This document shows, piece after piece, positions 24,859 to 38,186 of a DNA stretch of 64,000 nucleotides. The DNA is from Trichoplax adhaerens. Lineage: Eukaryota > Animalia > Placozoa. The translations under genes were made by a program, and so were the position numbers. The DNA is taken from contig NW_002060949.1 in NCBI RefSeq assembly GCF_000150275.1, positions 1,175,836-1,239,835 on the forward strand, in the 5' to 3' direction. Under the pieces are notes generated by a model, which did not search any database, was not told the origin of the DNA, and saw only the letters and a list, made by a program, of their open reading frames with translations. Position 1 is the first letter of the stretch; each line of letters opens with the position of its first letter.

Positions 24859-27028
24859 GTTAGTAAGTGAAATTAATTTATAGTTTTCTTTTACGATTAC
24901 TTTCAGGATATAATGTAATCTGGTTAATCTTTACAGGATATTATCAATCGCCTGACATAGATATATCTTAGATTGGACTTTTACCAGGGATCAAATATCA
25001 AAAGCTGAGGGATCAGAAGCAAACATTATTAATTTTGATTCAGAAGAATGTTTTATCTACGTTTTTACTATCAATCATATGAACATCAGCTCAATCGACG
25101 AACTTCTGTTATGAAGAACATCTTTAAAATATGTATTTTATATCTGTGATACCCTAACTTCAAATCATGTAATAACATACTACTTCTTCAATTCATGGAT
25201 AATAATTAATTGTAGAATATAGAATTTTAGCAGTATAATGATATTTGGATATTACGAATCGGATACTTTTGATATGATAATACAAAATAAAGCTATTTCA
25301 CCACTGGTTATAATTAACGCTGTTAAGATTAGACAAATGGAGTAAATTATAACGATAATAATTTATAGGTAATGTTAACGTATCATTATTATTAGCTTAT
25401 GTACATGCTGTGCACAGCGAAAGAAGAATGAATCTTTATTTGGGAATAGACACCTAGAAAAGTATAACATCGTATATTTACGATTTGTCTAATGATTTTG
25501 ATAACTTCGTTGATAAAAGATATAGATTGTCAATTAGAAATGGTTAAGAAACTAAAATACACATAGTAGAATATAATTCATGTTAAAAGAAACCTTTGTT
25601 TTTGTATTAAGGTACTGTTTGCATTGTTAGGATTGACAGTGAATACATTTTTGGTGCGCATATATTAATATAACTGAGAGGTGGTGACTTAATCTACTTA
25701 TTTTGTTATTTTTTGGTGTGTCTGATTTAAGTCACTCTTTTGGAAATTTTTAAGAATTTTTGTTTCCGATATGGTTCATGTTTGCATACGAATATAGGAG
25801 AAATGTTTCTACGATAATTCCTTGAATATCTAAATTCAATTTAAAACTGCAATTCTTGTTATTGCTCAATATCACTATAACATAGTACTATAAATGTTTT
25901 TAATACGGTGTACAGGAGTTACACAGACAAGAAATAAAAGTATGGTCTATCATCGCACAATCTTTATAAAATTTAAAGTAACGACTTACTAAAACGCTGC
26001 ATGAGAATAAAACTTTCATCTTTAACTGATAAAAACATACTACGGTAACTATAGTAAGGATACAAGGTAGTATTTGATGCTGTCGATAAAGACGTTCTCG
26101 TTCCTTAAATAGATCGAATTATGGAAGAGTTGTTATGGTATATTACCATTTCATGTAACAAGTTGGATACAGTAATCGTATGGCAACTGTATCGACAATA
26201 ATTATAATGAAACGGAGAATACTGTAAGAGGATTCAGTAATAGATTAGTAATAGAGGCGAATATTGAAATGAAAATGGCAAGCCATTTATTTAAATTTGC
26301 TAACAAGTAGCAATCAGTACTATTTCATTATTTTCATTAAACTATACCATGCACCAGGGATACAACGTTTTATATCTACGCATGTAATGCATTAAAAATG
26401 AAAGCATATTGCATTGATACAACTAGCGATATAGGTTGGATTTACAACGTAGGCAACTCACAGTCTATACAGAATGTAATGTTGTTATCCCTTTATAAAT
26501 AAAGTTATCTATAACTACAGTCTAATTTCTATACAGTATATACTCTTATAAAGAAGTTTACGTGGTTACTGCGAACAGCTCAAGAAATCGATCATAATTA
26601 GTAATATAATATCTACATGCATGGGCAACAGTATTAAAATTGAAATACATTAAACAGTTTCAAATCTATCCGATATTACAGAATTACTTTGGATATCATT
26701 GCGTCCATGACAAGATGTTTTTGACAGCTTCTATGCGTAAGTAATACAGATACACTTTTGCTGAAATCCAAAATTGATAGATCAAAACGATTTAGGTTAT
26801 ATTTTAATACCAAATAGTAAGGTAATATCTTTCTTTATAATAATCGGTGTTCAAACACTTAAATCGCTTCAGATGAGTACTCAGATGAGATCCCATAGTA
26901 ATTACTGATCCCCGAATATTCGAAGCTTGATATTGCAGATCTGATCGACATAATTATAAGAGGTCGCAGTTTGCAAAGTATCTTCAAAAGAATAATACAG
27001 CGACCAAGCGTAGAACAAATACATCAAT

Positions 27029-30000
27029 TTATTCCGGATCCTCCAAGTTAGTCGCTATGGGAGCATCCTCCTAAAAAACATAAAATATCTCGAATCAGAT
27101 TTGTCTGTTACTAAATTTCTAATTAAGAATTCATTTTAGATAATTTGCTGCAGTTTTATTGCCAGTAATACCTGTAATTTATTTAGTTGATCACTAGCTA
27201 TCATCTATTACTATATATCTGTACCATCTCAATTCTAACATAGCTATAGTGCTTGATAACTCATTAAAAGATATGATCAAGCGCTCAAACAATTTCATAT
27301 AAATGTAATAGGAAGATAAATTTTCATAATCTTAATTTTTAGTACCTGATTTAGCTTCTTAAACTCAACTACTTTACTGAATACATATTCTAGAACACGC
27401 TTTGCATCTCTGGATTGTGGAGGTAACATTTTGGTTACACCTAAAATATCACCGCATTCACGAATGTAATATTCCAAATCGTTGTCATTACCTATAGAAG
27501 ATAGTTGAAAGAAAAAAGATAAAATAGTTTTAGACACTCTTATAATATCTCTAACTGATCGAAACGAATCCAAATTTTAATGGCTTTTATAGTCATCAAC
27601 TTAGGCAATGTAATACAGGAAAATGAAAAAATTTCATACATTTATTTGTAATTTGTGCCAATCGGACGCGTTCTGATGAGAAGTAATCATCTAAATCGAA
27701 TAAATCTAATGATGGTGGTGGTAGTTCACGAAATTGAGGCGGAAAGACCTGTCCAACGTCAAACATTAAATTCGTTTGGCAGTTTTAATATTTAGAACAA
27801 CTATTTCCATAGGTAATATGCATTATGAAACTAACTACTTTCTGCGTCTTACTATTAGTTAATTTCATTAATTATTTAAAATGTGTATGGTATATTGCTT
27901 ACCGCTGGCCGAAGGGGCGGCAATGGCGTTTCAAATTGAGGTGTAATCAAGGTTAAAGGTTCGTGTTTAACACTCAGTTCAGTGTATGCTCTGTTATTTA
28001 TAGTTAACGATACATTAAAACTACTTCAAAATAAGGGGCCGAAATCAGCTCCTACATACGACTAAATTAAAGCTTAATGATATACTCGATATAAATTTGG
28101 TATAATGAGGAGGAACCTTAGCTAGAATAATTACCTAACAGCATCTGGAACAGTGGTTGTATCGAATTGAAATAAAGAGTGGTCAAACATTTGTGAGATA
28201 TCACGAGGAATCTAATGAAATACGATAATGGGATGAGAAAGTTCTTGTCGAAAGACTCTAATTAAATTTGTGAGCATCAATTCATAATAGTTAGTAATCC
28301 TTTAATCAATCAATTAATCGTACACGTTCTAAATATTAAGGATAAAAATAACTGTTAACATCGACGATTGATTTATTCAATGATAATTCTTTTATGAAAT
28401 ATCGATCAAACGCGGGTTGATGAGATTGATTTATGCTTCATTTACTATTTATAATGAAGTCTTACACTACTCTGTCCGAAATGTTGGAATGTCAATTTGA
28501 TATCTTAAGCTAAGTTATAATATTAACAACTGATGAAATTGTATCGTAACAATTATACTATAAAGCATGCTATGTTACTAGAATCAAGTAAAGATAACTA
28601 AGTGCAATGTACCATCATTTTTTTTACTTTTAACCAAAATCAATATACCTCATCGCTTTCCTGTAAGCATACACGCAGTTTTTCTGATAGCTTTGTAATA
28701 TCAGGCAATGCGTGATAGTCTGTTAACTATCAACAAGAAAATACTCTTAATTCATTAAATGTTAAATACAAAACTTATATAATGAAAAGAGTAAAAATGT
28801 TCGCCATTCATTGTAATAATAGTGTTAATTTTGTTTACTTCAGGATCTTCCGCATCGATATTATTTAGCTTAATTTCATCTGTGGTAAGCCAACGCAATA
28901 GAATATCCTATATTATAAATAAAACATATATGAAGTGATGACCGAAACTGAGCAACATGCACATAACCCAACTACGAAGCAACACTATCAATTAATAAGA
29001 CATATGAAATTATATTGGCATATAAAATTGTCAATAACATTACCCAAAATTTAGAATTCTCTTCTTTATCAATGTAGGTATCTGAAAAGATATGGACAGA
29101 ACCAATAACCGCTAACTTTCCCTTAGATTTCTATATTGCAGCAGCAGTAACAGTTACATCATAGATAAGTTACATTTCCTAATCTTAATGCTCTAATTGC
29201 AGTTACCTAAATTTAAGTATATATTGTAGACGTAACCGTATCAGCTTTAGATTCATGCTATTCCATCGTAATGGTACACATATCTTATCACCAGTAGATA
29301 AGTAAGAGACTTAAAACAGGTTTTACTCTATTGTACACTCTCAATAATCATATAATTATCATATATTATATATCTCTGCGTAATCGTATGTAAAGAGCAG
29401 TTCTTGTTGTCAGCGCCTTGTGTAGTGTAATATTATCAATAAAGCTGAGCCTTCAATTATCAAACACGAAACCGTACTCGCTTTACTGAAGACCCACCCA
29501 CAATACCTCACATAGAGATTACGCTATATAAAATTTCATCAACCAAACTCTTTATCATTCATAGAGAACGTAAAGCCGATACGGTTACATCTACATATAT
29601 TATTTTGTTTTATCTAATGAGAATGAGCCTTTCTATTTTGTAATTTAGATAAAAAAATATTTTTGATTTCTATCTATTCATTTCAACCTTGGACGAGTGA
29701 AAAGCACAAACTGGACGATTCAACGGAAATGAAGTACTGCCTGTCGATAATACAGCGATGGCCGGTTTACCAACAGCTAAGGTTGCACCAAAAGGGTAAA
29801 CGTAGGCTATTGATCTGTAAATGGATAATTATAAGAGATTAAATTGGTTAAGATGATAATAATTTATCTAGAAAGGTATGATATTAGTATGCATACGGTG
29901 AACTAGTAACGCTTTCATCATCAGTATTGCTTCCAGGTATTATTTTACCGGCTGCTCGATTGATCTCTCTAATTTTGAGAAATAGATTTAATTATAATCT

Positions 30001-31800
30001 CATTTATACAGTATGTCATAAAATTTAATTACTTTCTAAGAAAAATTTCTAAACTCTAACACTAAATTGGCTATCAATAGATTAAATCAGATAAATAATC
30101 TTAATGTAGCTATCGATTCTTAATAGGTTATTAAAAATATTAAATTACCTGTTTAAAACACCATTGGAAATAAATACTTCCTTAGGATGAAAGTATTTAT
30201 AATAGGAGGTTCTCACAACCGTATCTAGTAGGGTACATAATAAAATATTCAGAAATAAAAATAAATCAGCCGAAAGGTTCATACGTAAAAGACTGTTTTA
30301 GGTCCTTACTGATCTTAATAGCAAAATATCTATTTTATTATCATTGCGTCTTAGCACTTAGTACCTTTCGTCACAAATATTGCGATGCATTATATTTAAG
30401 AAATGAGAAACTATTTGTTGCAATTCTAAATGTTTTATACATGGTGTAAATGATTTAATCGATTTTAACGAGATTTTCACTATGGGTGCCATAAATGTTA
30501 AAGGATAGGTTATATTATAGAATGCAAAATATTAATACGCATAAAGGCCGTCAACTCTGGACGTAGACTATAAAAATTTGCAACAAGAATTTGATCTGTT
30601 AAAACAAATTTTAATCTACACTACCATACTGGAATTAGCAAAAGCAAAGAACAGTGCTTAAAGAAATAAATCATTCTAATACTGTAGTACATGAATCAAT
30701 AATAATTTTAATATATATTCAAGTACCATTATTAACCATGATGCCATAATCTTCCAACAAGAAGTTGATATTTGTATCGAAATTCGATTCACCGCCTTCA
30801 CCAAGCATGACAAGAACACTACCACCTTGATCAATATAGTTTCTAATGGCATCGAACTAAGAATAATGAACATCATGGATCTTGTTTAATACAAAATTAC
30901 GGTATACGAGTACTTTCTGGCATATTCAGCAGGTAATATCGTGAATGATTTTATGCTTTATGAATGATACTAAATACAACTTTCCTATTAATATAAGATT
31001 TCTGACTTACTTCAGACGCAGTAAATTTATCTCTTGGGCCAGCAAATATTATTACTTTAGATTGATTGATCTTGTTAAAGTTCAATTCGTCCTTATAACT
31101 ATACGAAATTTTAATAAGGCAAAGAATTTAACTATATGGTAACCGTCCGGCAAGAATATAGCTTAATGTCTGTACTCATCTAATTACGTTTTAAGAAAAA
31201 ATCTGCAACGTGTGCAATTAATTACGCGGTACCATTATTACATAAGTGATTACTTTTATATAAATCTGAGTGTGTTTTTTTAACTGGTTAATGTAATGTT
31301 CTATTCCTCATAGAGTAAGTATCGCCATTACTTCTATTGATTTACATATTGTTGCTTTTAGTTTAGAGATTATTGGCATTATTAAGAGCAATTATATTCA
31401 CCTGATCACTTTCCAACTTGTTCTTAACCTTCGGTGTATAATCTTAAAGCCATTAGTAGGTGAGAAAAGTTCTCGTTTACTAACGTTAAACAGAATTGTA
31501 TTGGCCTGACTTTCATCCTAAAAAAAAACCTATACTTGAGTACTGTATACGCGTATAACAGCTTTCATGTTATGTTCTTGAGGATTTTTGATTTATAATT
31601 TTGTATTTCATAACTAATTCCAGCTCTATTTAATAATGTGCTATCGATATTGGTAGGTACAGCATGCAGCCTACGAACGAATCAATGATGCTTTCGTGTT
31701 TTCAACTAGTCAAGTTTGATTTGGATGATCATGTCTACTACATGGATACTGATCAATGTTGCATTTGTCAACTTACGTTTTGGTTGCTTGTTGGTGCCAT
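27029..31800 (-). CDS. IFT52: Intraflagellar transport protein 52 (IFT-B core), multi-exon
   Basis: Exons: MAPTSNQN|DESQANTILFNVSKRELFSPTNGFK, GGSVLVMLGEGGESNFDTNINFLLEDYGI, YYKYFHPKEVFISNGVLN, YVYPFGATL, LITPQFETPLPPLRP, FPPQFRELPPPSLDLFDLDDYFSSE, DLEYYIRECGDILGV, VVEFKKLNQ. Final exon 27029-27070. Confidence 0.97.
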
Positions 31801-32002
31801 AGTTTCTTGTGGCTTTAGGGTGCCCGTTAGTCAATAAACTTAATAAAGGCCAGTCTATAAAGCTGTAGATGATAAACTAGTCTATGGACAGCTTTATTCT
31901 ATCATATGACGATCAAAAATGGAGTATCTTATATAATATAAGACTTGTATGGATGCAGCGCGCAGCGTTTTTTCTGAATCTTTTGATGAACTAGTTTAGT
32001 TA

Positions 32003-32037
32003 GTAACGTAGCAACGGCGGGTGTGTTGCATAGAAAC
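32003..32037. promoter_or_regulatory. Two tandem RFX X-box-like sites upstream of IFT52
   Basis: GTAACGTAGCAAC (32003-32015) fits GTNRC-N(0-3)-RGYAAC. GTTGCATAGAAAC (32025-32037) is a near match. Both lie about 200 bp upstream of the ATG of a ciliary gene. Confidence 0.75.
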
Positions 32038-32104
32038 GGAGCACCCAACTACACGTAGTGACGGTAGTGTCAGTCTACATTGCCAGAAGCTGACGTTAGT
32101 GCAT

Positions 32105-32210
32105 TTCTGTATTGTACTGTACAGTACTGTACCGTACTGTACAGTATCTCTGATCTTTCTACTGTACAGTACGTACTGTACACTGTACACTGTAAGTACA
32201 GTACAGCAGA
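32105..32210. promoter_or_regulatory. GTAC island upstream of IFT52
   Basis: tgtactgtacagtactgtaccgtactgtacagta... about 300 bp upstream of the IFT52 ATG. Confidence 0.7.
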
Positions 32211-33974
32211 AAGCTGCAAAAGCGACAGATTCAAGTCAGTTTCAACTCGGTGTCCAGCGTCCAGTTGTCCACTCCATCTCAGATACTCTGTAGATATTAT
32301 GGCTGTAGTCACCTTTACATAATTATGGTCATCTCTGACAATATTTGGGAATATTTTTTATTTCTATGTTGCAGTTAAGGACTCTTCGTTATTAAAGAAA
32401 TCACTATTTACCTCCAATTAGTTGAAAACCTTCAACTTTCTGACCGTTCGTTTTAATTCTTCAGTTGCCAGCATGAGCGAAATAATGATTGTGTCAAGAA
32501 CAATATATGAGGCTTTAAATGATGATCGTATAATATAATTATCAAGCATCAACAATAGGCCGATACTTATACATCCTACTATATATAAAGTATAAAATTT
32601 TGTGCATATGGAATTGTGTATGGCAGTGAATTGTGTATTTTAATTCGATTAATTCATAAATAAAATAGCAACATAGATATAGATTCAGATTTTACACCGA
32701 TTGCATAAACTATTAATTAGTCGTTGTACAGTACACTACTATACGTACTTTATTAAAAAAACTGGGTAAATGGCCAGGAAAGCGGCTATTTAAGCAGTCC
32801 GAAGGATTCCTATTAAACGGTTAATTTAAGGTAAATACTTCGCTACAACAAGGGATAACCAACCGGCACATTGATCGTAGATGTCCTACACATACTCCGT
32901 ATTAAAAGTAGAATTGCAATAAGTACAGTACATTTACGCGAAATCTTCTACTAGTTGCATCTGTGTATAGTCTAATCCGACGAGTTACTAGTGAAGTTGT
33001 ACTACGCGCTTTCGGTACTGCACAGTGCTCTATATGCTTATCGGCCATTTCTCATCAATGACTCGCTATCTATGCAGTTGTAGAACTGTTTCAATTACTA
33101 CATAGTTTTGAATTTTGTGACATGGAATGAACTTAATTATGTACACTTACATATTACAGTATTGTGTCCATCTTAAATAGATTCATTATTTGCTCTTTAT
33201 TATGTATGTTGCTGTTTATTTTACTCGAAACGAATGCAATCGCTATAGCGATTTGAAATAACATCATCATCGGCAAGATGTTACCAAATGTTTTAATGAA
33301 TATATCTTCAATTTTGGGCATAGTAAATAAGGCTAAAAATAAAGTATGAAGTTTACGATACATCTCACGTACACGTATTCACATGCCGAAGACAAATTTA
33401 TAAGATGTGAATAACAAATTGCAACTTAATTTACTCTAATTATAGTTAATACTTTGAGGCTTGTTTAACATATTTTTATGGCATCTCCGTAACGACCAGT
33501 TACGTATAAAAGAACTCTATACAGCAAGCCGCATTTAATTTTAATAACAATAAAAAGAGTTAGTGTTCTATTTTCTTAAGAAAGGGAAAATAACTGATTG
33601 GTCGCAAAAGTTAAAACGAGAAACATCGTAATAGATGTATAGAGTAATATTATGGTAATTTAAATCATTTTAATATAGGAATGAACGATCGCTTAATGAC
33701 ACTGAATTTCATCAATATTAAGTGTCAAAATTGACAGCTAGACTAGCGTAATAAGCAATATGCTAAATGAATCCAGGATTGAATAAAAAAAAATTTATTA
33801 ATTACGTAGAGTATAATCATTGTGTATTCGAAACTACCGAGAATTAATTCACTAACATCAACGATTTCATGTTATGCTAAAGCTAGAGATTAAACGTATA
33901 AGCGTCATTAGTAAATCATCCTGTCTTGTCAATTTAAACCTATCGACTACTTATACCCCGCAATGACGATCGTT

Positions 33975-34883
33975 TTAATTAAAATCAATCAATAAATTTG
34001 CAGTATTCATTGGACCGCTAATGGCAGCCTTATTAGTGAAATCTTTCGATAGTTCATCGTTCGAGGAAGTCGATGATCGACTTCGTGCTAACTCAGTAAA
34101 ATCATCAAACATGGATGCAGAGCATTTGTTAGGCGATGATGGCATGGTTGACGCTCTTGCTCGAACTGAAATTCCATCGGCAGTAGGAGGAGGTAATAAC
34201 TTTGGAGGTGTAGCTGCAATGATTTTTGACTTTGGTGAAGAACTAGTTTCAATTCGTGAAGTAGAGGATGCACGCGGCCTAACGTCATCCTTTGATAGTC
34301 CCAATGCCTTATTCTTTATGTTATTAGCCGCTGCGGTTAATCCACTAGAAGCGTCCATTTTTTTATTTTCGTTCCCTTTGCTGTTCAGTTTGGCTTTAGC
34401 AAAAGCCATTCGAAATGCTGTACCGAGCACGGTTATAATATTACGGGCGGTTTGTACGTCATCGCACATAAAAACATGTGCATGAAATTCATTTTTCTCT
34501 TCCGCTCGAGTAATATAACAGTATAAAGTTGGATGATTTTTACTGCCGCTACAAAAGGAAATACGCTTTAGCGGCATATCAATGACAGACATTGTAGTTG
34601 ATACGTCCTCGATCAACATCCTATCCCTTTCAATTCGCACGCACATTCTACGCTTTTGATTTTTCTTCGTTGATTCGCGGTATACTTTATCGATAGCGAT
34701 TTCAACATGATCGCTACCCGTTCCAAACTTATCTACGACCTGGCAGTAACCTAAATAGCGAACCTGATAGCTAGCCCCGGTGATGACCCGATCTTCATTA
34801 CTAACGTCGTCACGATGTTGTGAGTAGTTGGCATTTCTACCAAAGCCAATTTTTTTTAAGAAGCCGCTTTTTTCTTCTTCCAT
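33975..34883 (-). CDS. PTB/PID-domain endocytic adaptor, ARH/LDLRAP1-like (302 aa from ATG 34883), CDS without introns
   Basis: PTB fold pattern YQVRYLG...RISFC...HAHVFMC...LGTAFRMAF. The C-terminus has DDFTELARSR, matching the AP-2 beta2-appendage [DE]..FxxLxxxR motif, and ends in LLIDFN (clathrin-box-like). A probable 5' UTR intron lies at 34926-35094. Confidence 0.85.
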   Translation of the reverse strand: MEEEKSGFLKKIGFGRNANYSQHRDDVSNEDRVITGASYQVRYLGYCQVVDKFGTGSDHVEIAIDKVYRESTKKNQKRRMCVRIERDRMLIEDVSTTMSVIDMPLKRISFCSGSKNHPTLYCYITRAEEKNEFHAHVFMCDDVQTARNIITVLGTAFRMAFAKAKLNSKGNENKKMDASSGLTAAANNIKNKALGLSKDDVRPRASSTSRIETSSSPKSKIIAATPPKLLPPPTADGISVRARASTMPSSPNKCSASMFDDFTELARSRSSTSSNDELSKDFTNKAAISGPMNTANLLIDFN

Positions 34884-35387
34884 TGGAGTAAAAGAGACAA
34901 CTCGAATAGAAAGCACGTCGATTCTCTATTAAGAGGTAAGCACCATCAATTGATCAAACTAGCTGAATATTGTGCAGTATATAGATTTATCGTTTTTTAT
35001 ATCGAGTGTTGATAACGGTAAAAAGTAAACACTCACACTACGATATCAATCATTTATGATAGCCATTATTTATTTATAATTGCCTTTTACTTACCAATGA
35101 TAGCGATAATATTAGCTATCGCAGTATTGATGGGCTATAGTAATGAGCTCAAGAACGAATGGTTTGAGCAAAATCAACTTGTAGAAAATTGATCCAGCAG
35201 TCCTTTGAAAAAATTAGAATATGATTAACTCTAGTACTGTTTTACATTTTTATCTAACCGCACTCTGAAGTAAATACTGTAACTCTCTCTGCTCTTCTTG
35301 ATTCATTAATTACACTACTGTAATTTATAGTGATTATATTATTAACAACTAACTCATTGTATTCTTATTTGTATAAACAGTTCTGGA

Positions 35388-35705
35388 ACCTACAGTACGG
35401 CACACTGTACACTGTACTGTATAGCTGGATTAACTTCGGTGGCACTAAGGAAAATAAACCGTGTAGGCTAAATCAAGGCAAAGTAGATAAAATCTTCTAC
35501 GTATGCCTACACATATAGATTTTGAACAAGAAAGTTAACAAATTGCAACTTTCAATTTTCGACGCCATCTTGCCATCGAAGTTAATCGCGCTATACAGTA
35601 CAATACTGTACATCGCGTACTGTACACTGTAGTATCAAATAAAGATTATTACTCTTTTTCTTTCCACTACGGTACACAACACTGTACTGGATTGTACTGT
35701 ACTAC
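35388..35705. promoter_or_regulatory. GTAC island and YY1-like site in the PTB-adaptor / TMEM177-like divergent promoter
   Basis: tacagtac/ctgtacactgta runs at 35388-35425 and 35590-35705; CGCCATCTTG at 35563-35572. Confidence 0.65.
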
Positions 35706-35971
35706 ACTCGGAGCTTGTGCAGTAGGAGTCTTGTTCAGCATCGACTGCTCAAGAACTGCATGATTCGCAGGTGTTGCAAGCAAAGTAAGGCTGTACTGTA
35801 AATGTTTTATCACTACAATTTATTTTTCTAGCCATTCTAACTATCATATTACTTGTTCTACTCTTACAACTAGTGAGGTTTAAATAGTCTATATTGAAAA
35901 TAGAACTCCAGACAACTTGTGTCATCCATTTGATTGACGAAAACTTTAAATGATAAACGAATTACGCCGAC

Positions 35972-37203
35972 ATGAGAGTTATTGCAACAAGTGCCATTGC
36001 AACAGGATTATTAACATACCAACTCTATCCTCATCTATTTCCAAATCGTATTCGACCCAAGCATATGACAGGATTTCCAATCATGCAAGAGACAATGGCC
36101 TCATTCAAAGAAATTTGTCAGAAGCTTGATATCGATCATAGTGACAAAGTCAAAGTCTATGTCGACAAAAGTAATTCAATGATTGTTGATACTACGTATA
36201 AATCACCTTGATCGCATACAGTAGTAGTAAATCTATTTATAGTTATGCAGTAATTTTGAAAAGCAATCGTCAATGTTCAACTAACCAAAATCGAGCTTCA
36301 TGTCAATCTAATCAATGTACAGTATGTGCTATCCATTCCTTGTTTATGTTTTACTAAACGTATAAACGTTCATGCGATTATAGGTCTGACTGCTGGAAAT
36401 TTAGGAAATAGTTGGTTGCCCAACGGAGCAATCCTTAGCTTGCCGTGTACTATTTATTTTAAAACCGTCAATGATGTCATATATTCTAGAATTACTTTTG
36501 GCAATCAAAAGATTGAACGTGAAGATTTACTCAAATCTTTCATTACTTCAGCGAATTGTAATAATTTCCAGATGGCTCACGAATTATCCCACTTAAAATT
36601 GAACGACTTTATACCTCGAAGCATTGTAATGCCTACCTTTTACATAATAGCTAGTGGTGTCTATAGTCTGTGCAATAAGTTCTTCTTAGGATCGACACTA
36701 TTAAGGGGACTAAGCAAAGCCGCGGTCATAGCTGTAGCCATAGGCTGTTTCGTAGCTACGAACTCCTACATTATCTACAGACAGGAATATAGAGCTGATC
36801 ATACTGCAGCTAGTATTGATCCAACGTACTTAATAGGTATCTTACTGCAAATACTTGTTGATAAAACGGCTTATATGATGATATAAGAACTTGCGATTCA
36901 ATTAATATTCTTTCTATAATAGCTCCAGTACGTATATGATTTATTTTGCTAACGTACTGTTGCAGTAATCAATCTGTATTATACTTATCTAATGTTGTAC
37001 GCTTTCCAATTTTGAAAATTAAAGGTGGTATAGAACTTATGCACAAGTATCTTGACTGGGAAAACAAGTTTAACAAGAATGGTCCATCTAAACCTTTCTT
37101 AACGGTCATGTTGAAACGCTTATCGCATCCACCGGTAGAAAGGAGGCTTCAGCGGTTATTAGACATGCAAGAGCAGAGGGCTATCGCTGATAGTAAGAAT
37201 TAA
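35972..37203 (+). CDS. TMEM177: TMEM177-like membrane protein with peptidase M48-type HExxH motif; exons 35972-36170, 36384-36836, 37025-37203
   Basis: GT-AG joins are phase-consistent. Blocks YPHLFP, FKEICQKLDI, GNSWLPNGAILSLP, FQMAHELSHL, QEYRADHTAASIDPTYLIGGIELMHKYL and SHPPVERRLQRL are collinear with TMEM177 as recalled. Confidence 0.8.
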
Positions 37204-38024
37204 GAAAGAAACTAATTGTGCTTTTAATATCGAACTCGGAATAAGCTATGAATGAGATAGTGTATCAAGTTTATAGAAGGCCTGGAGTGTAGGTAAACTC
37301 GATCTGTATATATTATACTGTTTCGTACATAAATATATGCTTGTCCACTACTGTATATGTTACGCATATACAGTATATATATCTACTAAGAGTTCAACAC
37401 CCATGTTACAGACTTATACTTCCTCTATTAACAGGTTTACTCGTATATGTGGGTTTAATAGGTAAACTGTTGCATATTGTATTGGTGGGGCTATCGATTA
37501 AAGACTGTGTAAGGCAATGTCATATTGCTCCACAGTACTGTGCACTAGACAACACAATACAGAAAATAGTGATTTAAAATATACAACATTGATAGTAAAT
37601 AAAATTGAATTTATTTTATTTGTTGTACAAAGTTGCAGCTATCATGAATACAGAAATAGAGTAAAAGTCCAAAAATCTCGCTGGATATTTTATGTACTGT
37701 ACTTAACAAATTTCAACTTTGATGAATGAATGATATATGATATTTATTACACCATTAGTGCATTACTGTCGATAAGCAGTAATAATACGTGTATTTCTCT
37801 CTAAGTTATAGTATATGAGCTACAGTTATGCTTACAAGCATGGACTACTCAATACTAAATCCTCGTGGACTCCACACTATGCTCGACCTGTAGCTACAGC
37901 ACGACAAGAAACCCCCAAATTATTGGTTCTCTTTAGCCATGAGCTTGTCGAGATCTACAAGTCCATGCTTTAGCTGACGATCCACCGTGTCGGAGTCAAA
38001 TGCGCCCGAACTTTGATTGATTGA

Positions 38025-38186
38025 CATACTGTACACTGTATAGTACAGTACTGTTTGTAACCTCTGTGTTTCTGTACAGTACAGTACAGTACATCACTAC
38101 ACTACGTACTGTACACTGTACACTGTACAGTTCTTTCCCAGTCAATCCACACATGTACAGTACATTGTACAGTACTGTACTACAGT
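38025..38186. promoter_or_regulatory. GTAC island upstream of KHDRBS
   Basis: Dense tacag/ctgta pentamers ending about 165 bp before the ATG at 38350. Confidence 0.7.

Noticed and set aside
34021-34485. 154-aa plus-strand ORF
   Set aside because: Antisense shadow of the PTB adaptor CDS.
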